This document shows, piece after piece, positions 23,180-36,100 of a DNA stretch of 64,000 bases. Made by a program: the position numbers and the translations under genes. Numbering within the stretch: position 1 is the first letter of the stretch; each line of letters begins with the position of its first letter. This stretch comes from Antedon mediterranea. Its lineage: Eukaryota; Animalia; Echinodermata. The DNA lies in NCBI RefSeq assembly GCF_964355755.1, contig NC_092674.1, positions 9,982,001 to 10,046,000 on the forward strand. The letters run 5' to 3'. Under the pieces are notes generated by a model that did not search any database, was not told where the DNA came from, and worked only from the letters and a program-made list of their open reading frames with translations.

Positions 23180-26100
23180 TAGGGCTATAACTTCGTTATA
23201 AACGGCATGGACCGGTATGACGATACATGGGTTGGGGCGAGTAGGGTCCAGTCATTTCAGAAAAATACCTCTTACCCCGGTCCATGCCGTCTAGCTGTCA
23301 TTTTACGCCATTTTAAAACGTTACTACAATTTAAGGTTTTCATAAAAAATGCAAAGTAAACGTATGATGTATAGGGCTATAATTACGTTATAAACGGCAT
23401 GGACCGGGATGACGATACATTGGTTGGGGCTAGTAGGGTCCAGTAGTTTCAGAAAAATACCACTTGACCCGGTCCAGGCCGTCTAGCTGCCATTTCACGC
23501 CATTTTAAAACCTTACTACAATTTAACGTTTTTATAAAAAATGCAATATAACCGGATGAAATATAGGGCTATAATTACGTTATAAACGGCATGGACCGGG
23601 ATGACGATACATGGGTTGGGGCAAGTAGGGTCCAGTCAATTCAGAAAAATACCACTTGCCCCGGTCCATGCCGTCTAGCTATCATTTTACGCCATTTTAA
23701 ACGTTACTACAATTTAATTTTTTTTTTTTTATAAAAAATGCAATATAACCGGATGATATATAGGGCTATAATTACGTTATAAACGGCATGGACCGGGATG
23801 ACGATACATGGGTTGGGGCGAGTAGGGTCCAGTCATTTCAGAAAAATACCACTTGCCCCGGTTCATGCCGTCTAGCTGTCATTTTAAGCCATTTTAAAAC
23901 GTTACCGGTACTACAATTTAATTTTTTTAAATACAAAATGCAATATAACCGAATGATTTATAGGGGTATAATTACGTTATAAACGGCATGGACCGGGATG
24001 ACGATACATGGGTTGGGGCTAGTAGGGTCCAGTCGTTTCAGAAATATACCACTTGCCCCGGTCCATGCCGTCTAGCTGCCATTTCACGCCATTTTAAAAC
24101 CTTACTACAATTTAACGTTTTTATAAAAAATGCAATATAACCGGATGATATATAGGGCTATAATTACGTTATAAACGGCATGGACCGGGATGACGATACA
24201 TGGATTGGGGCGAGTAGGGTCCAGTCATTTCAGAAACATACCTCTTACCCCGGTCCATGCCGTCTAGCTGTCATTTTACGCCATTTTAAAACGTTACCGG
24301 TACTACAATTTAATTTTTTTAAATACAAAATGCAATATAACCGAATGATTTATAGGGGTATAATTACGTTATAAACGGCATGGACCGGCATGACGATACA
24401 TGGGTTGGGGCTAGTAGGGTCCAGTCGTTTCAGAAATATACCACTTGCCCCGGTCCATGCCGTCTAGCTGCCATTTCACGCCATTTTAAAACCTTACTAC
24501 AATTTAACGTTTTTATAAAAAATGCAATATAACCGGATGATATATAGGGCTATAATTACGTTATAAACGGCATGGACCGGGATGACGATACATGGATTGG
24601 GGCGAGTAGGGTCCAGTCATTTCAGAAACATACCTCTTACCCCGGTCCATGCCGTCTAGCTGTCATTTTACGCCATTTTAAAATGTTACTACAATTTAAG
24701 GTTTTCATAAAAAATGATATGTAAACGTATGATTTATAGGCCTATAATTACGTTATAAACGGCATGGACCGGGATGACGATACATGGGTTGGGGCAAGTA
24801 GGGTCCAGTCAATTCAGAAAAATACCACATGCCCCGGTCCATGCCGTCTAGCTATCATTTTACGCCATATTAAAACGTTACTACAATTTAACGTTTTTTT
24901 TTTTTTTTATAAAAAATGCAATATAACCGAATGATTTATAGGGCTATAATTACGTTATAAACGGCATGGACCGGGATGACGATACATGGGTTGGGGCTAG
25001 TAGGGTCCAGTCATTACAGAAAATTATCTCTTGCCCCGGTCCATGCCGTCTAGCTGCCATTTTACGCCATTTTAAAACGTTACTACAATTTACGGTTTTC
25101 TTTAATATAAAATGTAATATAACCGGATGATATATAGGGCTATAATTACGTTATAAACGGCATGGACCGGGATGACGATACATGGGTTGGGGCGAGTAGT
25201 GTCCAGTCATTTCAGAAAAATACCACTTGCCCCGGTCCATGCCGTCTAGCTGTCATTTTACGCCATTTTAAAACGTTACTACAATTTAAGGTTTTTATAA
25301 AAAATGCAATGTAAACGTATGATTTATAGGGCTATGATTACGTTATAAACGGCATGGACCGGGATGACGATACATGGGTTGGGGCTAGTCTGGTCCAGTT
25401 GTTTCAGAAAAATACCACTTGCCCCGGTCCATGCCGTCTAGCTGTCATTTTACGCCATTTTAAAACGTTACTAAAATTTACGTTTTTTTAAATAAAAAAA
25501 TCAATATAACCGGATGATATATAGGGCTATAATTACGTTATAAACGGCATGGACCGGGATGACGATACATGGGTTGGGGCGAGTAGGGTCAAGTAATTAC
25601 AGAAACATACTTCTTGCCCCGGTCCATGCCGTCTAGCAGCCATTTTACGCCATTTTAAAACGTTACTACAATTTACGGTTTTTTTTTATATAAAATGTAA
25701 TATAACCGGATGATATATACGTGATAATTACGTTATAAACGGCATGGACCGGGATGACGATACATGGGTTGGGGCGAGTAGGGTCATTTCAGAAAAATAC
25801 CACTTGCCCCGGTCCATGCCGTCTAGCTGTCATTTTACGCCATTTTAAAACGTTACTACAATTTAAGGTTTTTATAAAAAATGCAATGTAAACGTATGAT
25901 TTATAGGGCTATGATTACGTTATAAACGGCATGGACCGGGATGACGATACATGGGTTGGAGCTAGTCTGGTCCAGTTGTTTCAGAAAAATACCACTTGCT
26001 CCGGTCCATGCCGTCTAGCTGTCATTTTACGCCATTTTAAAACGTTACTAAAATTTACGTTTTTTTAAATAAAAAAATCAATATAACCGGATGATATATA

Positions 26101-29100
26101 GGGCTATAATTACGTTATAAACGGCATGGACCGGGATGACGATACATGGGTTGGGGCGAGTAGGGTCCAGTAATTACAGAAACATACTTCTTGCCCCGGT
26201 CCATGCCGTCTAGCAGCCATTTTACGCCATTTTAAAACGTTACTACAATTTACGGTTTTTTTTTATATAAAATGTAATATAACCGGATGATATATACGTG
26301 ATAATTACGTTATAAACGGCATGGACCGGGATGACGATACATGGGTTGGGGCGAGTAGGGTCATTTCAGAAAAATACCACTTGCCCCGGTCCATGCCGTC
26401 TAGCTGTCATTTTACGCCATTTTAAAACGTTACTACAATTTAAGGTTTTTATAAAAAATGCAATGTAAACGTATGATTTATAGGGCTATGATTACGTTAT
26501 AAACGGCATGGACCGGGATGACGATACATGGGTTGGGGCTAGTCTGGTCCAGTTGTTTCAGAAAAATACCACTTGCTCCGGTCCATGCCGTCTAGCTGTC
26601 ATTTTACGCCATTTTAAAACGTTACTAAAATTTACGTTTTTTTAAATAAAAAATTCAATATAACCGGATGATATATAGGGCTATAATTACGTTATAAACG
26701 GCATGGACCGGGATGACGATACATGGGTTGGGGCTAGTAGGGTCCAGTAGTTTCAGAAAAATACCACTTGACCCGGTCCAGGCCGTCTAGCTGCCATTTC
26801 ACGCCATTTTAAAACCTTACTACAATTTAACGTTTTTATAAAAAATGCAATATAACCGGATGAAATATAGGGCTATAATTACGTTATAAACGGCATGGAC
26901 CGGGATGACGATACATGGGTTGGGGCGAGTAGGGTCCAGTCATTTCAGAAAAATACCACTTGCCCCGGTTCATGCCGTCTAGCTGTCATTTTAAGCCATT
27001 TTAAAACGTTACCGGTACTACAATTTAATTTTTTTAAATACAAAATGCAATATAACCGAATGATTTATAGGGGTATAATTACGTTATAAACGGCATGGAC
27101 CGGGATGACGATACATGGGTTGGGGCTAGTAGGGTCCAGTCGTTTCAGAAATATACCACTTGCCCCGGTCCATGCCGTCTAGCTGCCATTTCACGCCATT
27201 TTAAAACCTTACTACAATTTAACGTTTTTATAAAAAATGCAATATAACCGGATGATATATAGGGCTATAATTACGTTATAAACGGCATGGACCGGGATGA
27301 CGATACATGGATTGGGGCGAGTAGGGTCCAGTCATTTCAGAAACATACCTCTTACCCCGGTCCATGCCGTCTAGCTGTCATTTTACGCCATTTTAAAATG
27401 TTACTACAATTTAAGGTTTTCATAAAAAATGATATGTAAACGTATGATTTATAGGGCTATAATTACGTTATAAACGGCATGGACCGGCATGACGATACAT
27501 GGGTTGGGGCAAGTAGGGTCCAGTCAATTCAGAAAAATACCACATGCCCCGGTCCATGCCGTCTAGCTATCATTTTACGCCATATTAAAACGTTACTACA
27601 ATTTAACGTTTTTTTTTTTTTTATAAAAAATGCAATATAACCGAATGATTTATAGGGCTATAATTACGTTATAAACGGCATGGACCGGGATGACGATACA
27701 TGGGTTGGGGCTAGTAGGGTCCAGTCATTACAGAAAATTATCTCTTGCCCCGGTCCATGCCGTCTAGCTGCCATTTTACGCCATTTTAAAACGTTACTAC
27801 AATTTACGGTTTTCTTTAATATAAAATGTAATATAACCGGATGATATATAGGGCTATAATTACGTTATAAACGGCATGGACCGGGATGACGATACATGGG
27901 TTGGGGCGAGTAGGGTCCAGTCATTTCAGAAAAATACCACTTGCCCCGGTCCATGCCGTCTAGCTGTCATTTTACGCCGTTTTAAAACGTTACTACAATT
28001 TAAGGTTTTTATAAAAAATGCAATGTAAACGTATGATTTATAGGGCTATGATTACGTTATAAACGGCATGGACCGGGATGACGATACATGGGTTGGGGCT
28101 AGTCTGGTCCAGTTGTTTCAGAAAAATACCACTTGCTCCGGTCCATGCCGTCTAGCTGTCATTTTACGCCATTTTAAAACGTTACTAAAATGTACGTTTT
28201 TTTAAATAAAAAATTCAATATAACCGGATGATATATAGGGCTATAATTACGTTATAAACGGCATGGACCGGGATGACGATACATGGGTTGGGGCGAGTAG
28301 GGTCCAGTCATTACAGAAACATACTTCTTGCCCCGGTCCATGCCGTCTAGCTGCCATTTTACGCCATTTTAAAACGTTACTACAATTTACGGTTTTTTTT
28401 TATATAAAATGTAATATAACCGGATGATATATAGGGCTATAATTACGTTATAAACGGCATGGACCGGGATGACGATACATGGATTGGGGCGAGTAGGGTC
28501 ATTTCAGAAAAATACCACTTGCCCCGGTCCATGCCGTCTAGCTGTCATTTTACGCCATTTTAAAACGTTACTACAATTTAAGGTTTTTATAAAAAATGCA
28601 ATGTAAACGTATGATTTATAGGGCTATGATTACGTTATAAACGGCATGGACCGGGATGACGATACATGGGTTGGGGCTAGTCTGGTCCAGTTGTTTCAGA
28701 AAAATACCACTTGCTCCGGTCCATGCCGTCTAGCTGTCATTTTACGCCATTTTAAAAGGTTACTACAATTTACGTTTTTTTAAATAAAAATATCAATATA
28801 ACCGGATGATATATAGGGCTATAATTACGTTATAAACGGCATGGACCGGGATGACGATACATGGGTTGGGGCGAGTAGGGTCCAGTCATTACAGAAACAT
28901 ACTTCTTGCCCCGGTCCATGCCGTCTAGCTGCCATTTTACGCCATTTTAAAACGTTACTACAATTTACGGTTTTTTTTTATATAAAATGTAATATAACCG
29001 GATGATATATAGGACTATAATTACGTTATAAACGGCATGGACCGGGATGACGATACATGGGTTGGGGCGAGTAGGGTCCAGTCATTTCAGAAAAATACCA

Positions 29101-32100
29101 CTTGCCCCGGTCCATGCCGTCTAGCTGTCATTTTACGCCATTTTAAAACGTTACTACAATTTAAGGTTTTCATAAAAAATGCAATGTAAACGTATGATTT
29201 ATAGGGCTATAATTACGTTATAAACGGCATGGACCGGGATAAAGATACATGGGTTGGGGCAAGTAGGGTCCAGTCAATTCAGAAAAATACCACTTGCCCC
29301 GGTCCATGCCGTCTAGCTATCATTTTACGCCATTTTAAAACGTTACTACAATTTAACGGGTTTTTTTTTTTTATAAAAAATGCAATATAACCGAATGATT
29401 TATAGGGCTATAATTACGTTATAAACGGCATGGACCGGGATGACGATACATGGGTTGGGGCTAGTATGGTCCAGTTGTTTCAGAAAAATACCACTTGCCC
29501 CGGTCCATGCCGTCTAGCTGTCATTTTACGCCATTTTAAAACGTTACTAAAATTTACGTTTTTTTAAATAAAAAATACAATATAACCGAATGATTTATAA
29601 GGCTAAAATTACGTTATAAACGGCATGGATCGGGATGACGATACATGGGTTGGGGCAAGTATGGTCCATTCGTTTCAGAAAAATACCACTTGCCCCAGTC
29701 CATGCCGTCTAGCTGTCATTTTACGCCATTTTAAAACGTTACTACAATTTAACGTTTTTAAAATAAAAAATGCAATATAAACGCATGATATAATAGGGCT
29801 ATAATTACGTTATAAACGGCATGGACCGGGATGACGATACATGGGTTGGGGCGAGTAGGGTCCAGTCATTTTAGAAAAATACGACTTGCCCCGGTCCATG
29901 CCGTCTAGCTGTCATTATACGACATTTTAAAACGTTACTACAATTTAAGTTTTTTTAAATAAAAAATGCAATGTAAACCTATGATTTATAGGGCTATAAT
30001 TACGTTATAAACGGCATGGACCGGGATGAAGATACATGGGTTGGGGCAAGTAGTGTCCAGTCAATTCAGAAAAATACCACTTGCCCCGGTCCATGCCGTC
30101 TAGCTGTCATTTTACGCCATTTTAAAACGTTACTACAATTTAGCGTTTTTAAAATAAAAAATGCAATATAAACGCATGATATAATAGGGCTATAATTACG
30201 TTATAAACGGCATGGACCGGGATGACGATACATGGGTTGGGGCGAGTAGGGTCCAGTCATTTCAGAAAAATATGACTTGCCCCGGTCCATGCCGTCTAGC
30301 TGTCATTTTACGACATTTTAAAACGTTACTACAATTTAAGTTTTTTTAAATAAAAAATGCAATATAACCGAATGATTTATAGGGATATAATTACGTTATA
30401 AACGGCATGGACCGGGATGACGATACATGGGTTGGGGCAAGTAGGGTCCAGTCATTTCAGAAAAATACCACTTGCCCCGGTCCATGCCGTATAGCTGTCA
30501 TTTTACGCCATTTTAAAACGTTACTACAATTTAAGGTTTTCATAAAAAATGCAATGTAAACGTATGATTTATAGGGCTATAATTACGTTATAAACGGCAT
30601 GGACCGGGATGAAGATACATGGGTTGGAGTAAGTAGTGTCCAGTCAATTCAGAAAAATACCACTTGCCCCGGTCCATGCCGTCTAGCAATCATTTTACGC
30701 CATTTTAAAACGGTACTACAATTTAACTTTTTTTTTGAATAAAAAATGCAATATAACCGAATGATTTATAGGGCTATAATTACGTTATAAACGGTATGGA
30801 CCGGGATGACGATACATGGGCTGGGGCCAGTATGGTCCAGTTGTTTCAGAAAAATACCACTTGCTCCGGTCCATGCCGTCTAGCTGTCATTTTACGCCAT
30901 TTTAAAACGTTACTAAAATTTACGTTTTTTTAAATAAAAAGTGCAATATAACCGAATGATTTTTAAGGCTATAATTACGTTATAAACGGCATGGACCGGG
31001 ATGACGATACATGGGTTGGGGCGAGTAGGGTCCAGTCATTTTAGAAAAATACCTCTTACCCCGGTCCATGCCATCTAGCTGTCATTTTACGCCATTTTAA
31101 AACGTTACTACAATTTAAGGTTTTCATAAAAATGCAATGTAAACGTATGATGTATAGGGCTATAATTACGTTATAAACGGCATGGACCGGGATGACGATA
31201 CATGGGTTGGGGCAAGTAGGGTCCAGTCAATTCAGAAAAATACCACTTGCCTCGGTCCATGCCGTCTAGCTATCATTTTACGCCATTTTAAACGTTACTA
31301 CAATTTAATTTTTTTTTTTTTTATAAAAAATGCAATATAACCGGATGATATATAGGGCTATAATTACGTTATAAACGGCATGGACCGGGATGACGATACA
31401 TGGGTTGGGGCGAGTACGGTCCAGTCATTTCAGAAAAATACCACTTGCCCCGGTTCATGCCGTCTAGCTGTCATTTTAAGCCATTTTAAAACGTTACCGG
31501 TACTACAATTTAATTTTTTTAAATACAAAATGCAATATAACCGAATGATTTATAGGGGTATAATTACGTTATAAACGGCATGGACCGGGATGACGATACA
31601 TGGGTTGGGGCTAGTAGGGTCCAGTCGTTTCAGAAATATACCACTTGCCCTGGTCCATGCCGTCTAGCTGCCATTTCACGCCATTTTAAAACCTTACTAC
31701 AATTTAACGTTTTTATAAAAAATGCAATATAACCGGATGATATATAGGGCTATAATTACGTTATAAACGGCATGGACCGGGATGACGATACATGGATTGG
31801 GGCGAGTAGGGTCCAGTCATTTCAGAAACATACCTCTTACCCCGGTCCATGCCGTCTAGCTGTCATTTTACGCCATTTTAAAATGTTACTACAATTTAAG
31901 GTTTTCATAAAAAATGCAATGTAAACGTATGATTTATAGGGCTATAATTACGTTATAAACGGCATGGACCGGGATGACGATACATGGGTTGGGGCAAGTA
32001 GGGTCCAGTCAATTCAGAAAAATACCACATGCCCCGGTCCATGCCGTCTAGCTGTCATTTTACGACATTTTAAAACGTTACTACAATTTAAGTTTTTTTA

Positions 32101-33186
32101 AATAAAAAATACAATATAACCGAATGATTTATAAGGCTAAAATTACGTTATAAACGGCATGGACCGGGATGACGATACATGGGTTGGGACGAGTAGCGTC
32201 CAGTCATTTCAGAGAAATACCACTTGCCCCGGTCTATGCCGTCTAGCTGTCATTTTACGCCATTTTAAAACGTTACTACAATTTAAGGTTTTCATAAAAA
32301 ATGCAATGTAAACGTATGATTTATAGGGCTATATTTACGTTATAAACGGCATGGACCGGGATGAAGATACATGGGTTGGGGCAAGTAGGGTCCAGTCAAT
32401 TCAGAAAAATACCACTTGCCCCGGTCCATGCCGTCTAGCTATCATTTTACGCCATTTTAAAACGTTACTAAAATTTACGTTTTTTTAAATAAAAAATGCA
32501 ATATAACCGAATGATTTATAAGGCTATAATTACGTTATAAACGGCATGGACCGAGATGACGATACATGGGTTGGGGCAAGTATGGTCCAGTCAATTCAGA
32601 AAAATACCACTTGCCCCGGTCCATGCCGTCTAGCTGTCATTTTACGCCATTATAAAACGTTACTACAATTTAACGTTTTTAAAATAAAAAATGCAATATA
32701 AACGCATGATATAATAGGGCTATAATTACGTTATAAACGGCATGGACCGGGATGACGAGACATGGGTTGGGGCTAGTAAGGTCCAGTCGTTTCAGTAAAA
32801 TACCACTTGACCCGGTTCATGCCGTCTAGCGGCCATTTCACGCCATTTTAAAACGTTACTACAATTTAACTTTTTTATAAAAAATGCAATATAACCGGAA
32901 GATATAATTATAGGGCTATAATTACGTTATAAACGGCATGGACCGGGATGACGATACATGGGTTGGTGCGAGTAGGGTCCAGTCATTATAGAAAAGTACC
33001 ACTTGCCCTGGTCTATGCCGTCTAGTTGTCATTTTACGCCATTTTAAAACGTTACTACAATGTAACGTTTTTAAAAATAAAAAATGCACTATAAACGTAT
33101 GGTTTATAGGGCTATAATTACGTTATAAACGGCATGGACCGGGATGACGATACATTGATTGGGGTAAGTAGGGTCCAGTCATTTCA
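23180..33186 (+). repeat. Satellite A, left arm, ~192-200-bp monomer, about 52 copies
   Basis: GGCATGGACCGG starts at 23204, 23396, 23588 and onward. Length varies in poly-T/poly-A tracts. Confidence 0.97.
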
Positions 33187-36100
33187 CCCACGTATCGTCT
33201 TCCCGGTCCATGCCGTTTATAACGTAATTATAGCCCTATAAATCATGTGTTTATATTCCATTTTTTAATTTAAAAAACGTTCAATTGTAGTAACGTTTTA
33301 AAATGGCGTAAAATGGCAGCTAGACGGTATGGACAGGGGCAAGTGGTCTTTTTCTATAATGACTGGACCCTACTCGCCCCAACCCATGTATCGTCATCCC
33401 GGTCCATGCCGTTTATAACGTAATTATAGCCCTATATATCATCCGTTTATATTGCATTTTTTATAAAAACGTTAAATTGTAGTAACGTTTTAAAATGTCG
33501 TAAAATCGCAGCTAGACGGCATGGACCGGGGCAAGTGGTATTTTTCTGAAACGACTGGACCCTACTAGCCCCAACCCATTTTTTGTCATCCCGGTCCATG
33601 CCGTTTATTACGTAATAATAGCCCTATAAATCATGTGTTTATATTCCATTTTTTAATTTAAAAAACGTTAAATTGTAGTAACGTTTTAAAATGGCGTAAT
33701 ATGAAAGCTAGACGGCATGGACCGGGGCAAGTGGTATTTTTCCGAAATGACTGGACACTACTCGCCCCAACCCATATATCGTCATCCCTGTCCATGCCGT
33801 TTATAACGTAATTATAGCCCTGTAAATCATATGTTTATATTGCATTTTTTAATTTAAAAATCGTTAAATTGTAGTAACGTTTTAAAATGGCGTAAAATGA
33901 CAGCTAGACGGCATGGACCGGGGCAAGTGGTATTTTTCTGAAATGACTGGACCCTGCTAGCCCCAACCCATGTATCGTCATCCCGGTCCATACCGTTTAT
34001 AACGTAATTATAGCCCTATATATCATCCGGTTATATTGCATTTTTTATAAAAAAAAAATTAAATTGTAGTAACGTTTAAAATGGCGTAAAATGACAGCTA
34101 GACGGCATGGACCGGGGTAAGAGGTATTTTTTTTAAATGACTGGACCCTACTCGTCCCAACCCATGTATCGTCATCCCGGTCCATGCCGTTTATAACGTA
34201 ATTATAGCCCTATATATCATCCGGTTATATTGCATTTTTTATAAAAACGTTAAATTGTAGTAAGGTTTTAAAATGGCGTGAAATGGCAAGTAGACAGCAT
34301 GGACCGGGTAAAGTGGTATTTTTCTGAAACTACTGGACCCTACTAGCCCCAACCCATGTATCGTCATCCCGGTCCATGCCGTTTATAACTTAATTATAGC
34401 CTTATAAATCATTCGGTTATATTGCATTTTTTATTTTTAAAAATTAAATTGTAGTACCGGTAACGTTTTAAAATGGCGTAAAATGACAGCTAGACAGCAT
34501 GGACCGGGAAAAGTGGTATTGTTATGCAATGACTGGACCCTACTCGACCCAACCCATGTATCGTCATCCCGGTCCATGCCGTTTATAACGTAATTATAGC
34601 CCTATATATCATCCTGTTATATTGCATTTTTTATTTTAAAAAACGTTAAATTGTAGTAACGTTTTAAAATGGCGTAAAATGACAGCTAGACGGCATGGAC
34701 CGGGACAAGTGGTATTTTTCTGAAACTACTGGACCCTACTAGCCCCAACCCATGTATTGTCATCCCGGTCCATGCCGTTTATAACGTAATTATAGCCCTA
34801 TAAATCATTCGGTTATATTGCATTTTTTATAAAAAAAACGTTAAATTTTAGTAACGTTTTATAATGGCGTTAAATGATAGCTAGACGGCATAGACCGGGG
34901 CAAGTGGTATTTTTCTGAAATGACTGGACCCTACTCGCCCCAACCCATGTATCGTCATCCCGGTCCATGCCGTTTATAACGTAATTATAGCCCTATATGT
35001 CATCCGGTTATATTCTATTTTTCATTTAAAAAAAACTTAAATTGTAGTAACGTTTTAAAATGGCGTAAAATGGCAGCTAGACAGCATGGACCGGGGCAAG
35101 TGGTATTTTTCTGAAACGACAGGAACCTACTAGCCCCAACCCATGTATCGTCATCCCGGTCCATGCCGTTTATAACGTAATTATAGCCCTCTATATCTTC
35201 CGGTTATATTGCATTTTTTTATAAAAAAAAAACTTAAATTGTAGTAACATTTTAAAATGGCGTAAAATGGCAGCTAGACGGTATGGACCAGGGCAAGTAG
35301 TACTTTTCTATAATGACTGGATGCTACTCGCACCAACCCATGTATCGTCATCCCGGTCCATGCCGTTTATAACGTAATTATAGCCCTATATATCATCCGG
35401 TTATATTGCATTTTTTATAAAAAAGTTAAATTGTAGTAACGTTTTAAAATGGCGTGAAATGGCCGCTAGACGGCATGGACCGGGTCAAGTGGTATTTTTC
35501 TGAAACGACTGGACCCTACTAGCTCCAACCCATGTATCGTCATCTCGGTCCATGCATGCCGTTTATAACGTAATTATAGACCTAAAAATCATTCAGTTAT
35601 ATTGCATTTTTTATATAAAAAAAAACGTTAAATTGTAGTAACGTTTTAAAATGGCGTAAAATGATAGCTAGACGGCATGGACCGGGGCAAGTGGTATTTT
35701 TCTGAATTGACTGGACCCTACTTGACCCAACCCATGTATCGTCATCCCGGTTCATGTCGTTTATAACGTAATCATAGACCTATAAATCATTCGGTTATAT
35801 TGCATTTTTTATAAAAAAAAAAACACGTTAAATTGTAGTAATGTTTTAAAATGGCGTAAAATGATAGCTAGACGGCATGGACCGGGGCAAGTGGTATTTT
35901 TCTGAATTGACTGGACCCTACTTGCCCCAAACCATGTATCGTCATCCCGGTCCATGCCGTTTATAACGTAATTATAGCCCTATAAATCATATGTTTACAT
36001 TGCATTTTTTATGAAAACCTTAAATTGTAGTAACGTTTTAAAATGGCGTAAAATGACAGCTAGACGGCATGGACCGGGGCAAGAGGTATTTTTCTTAAAT

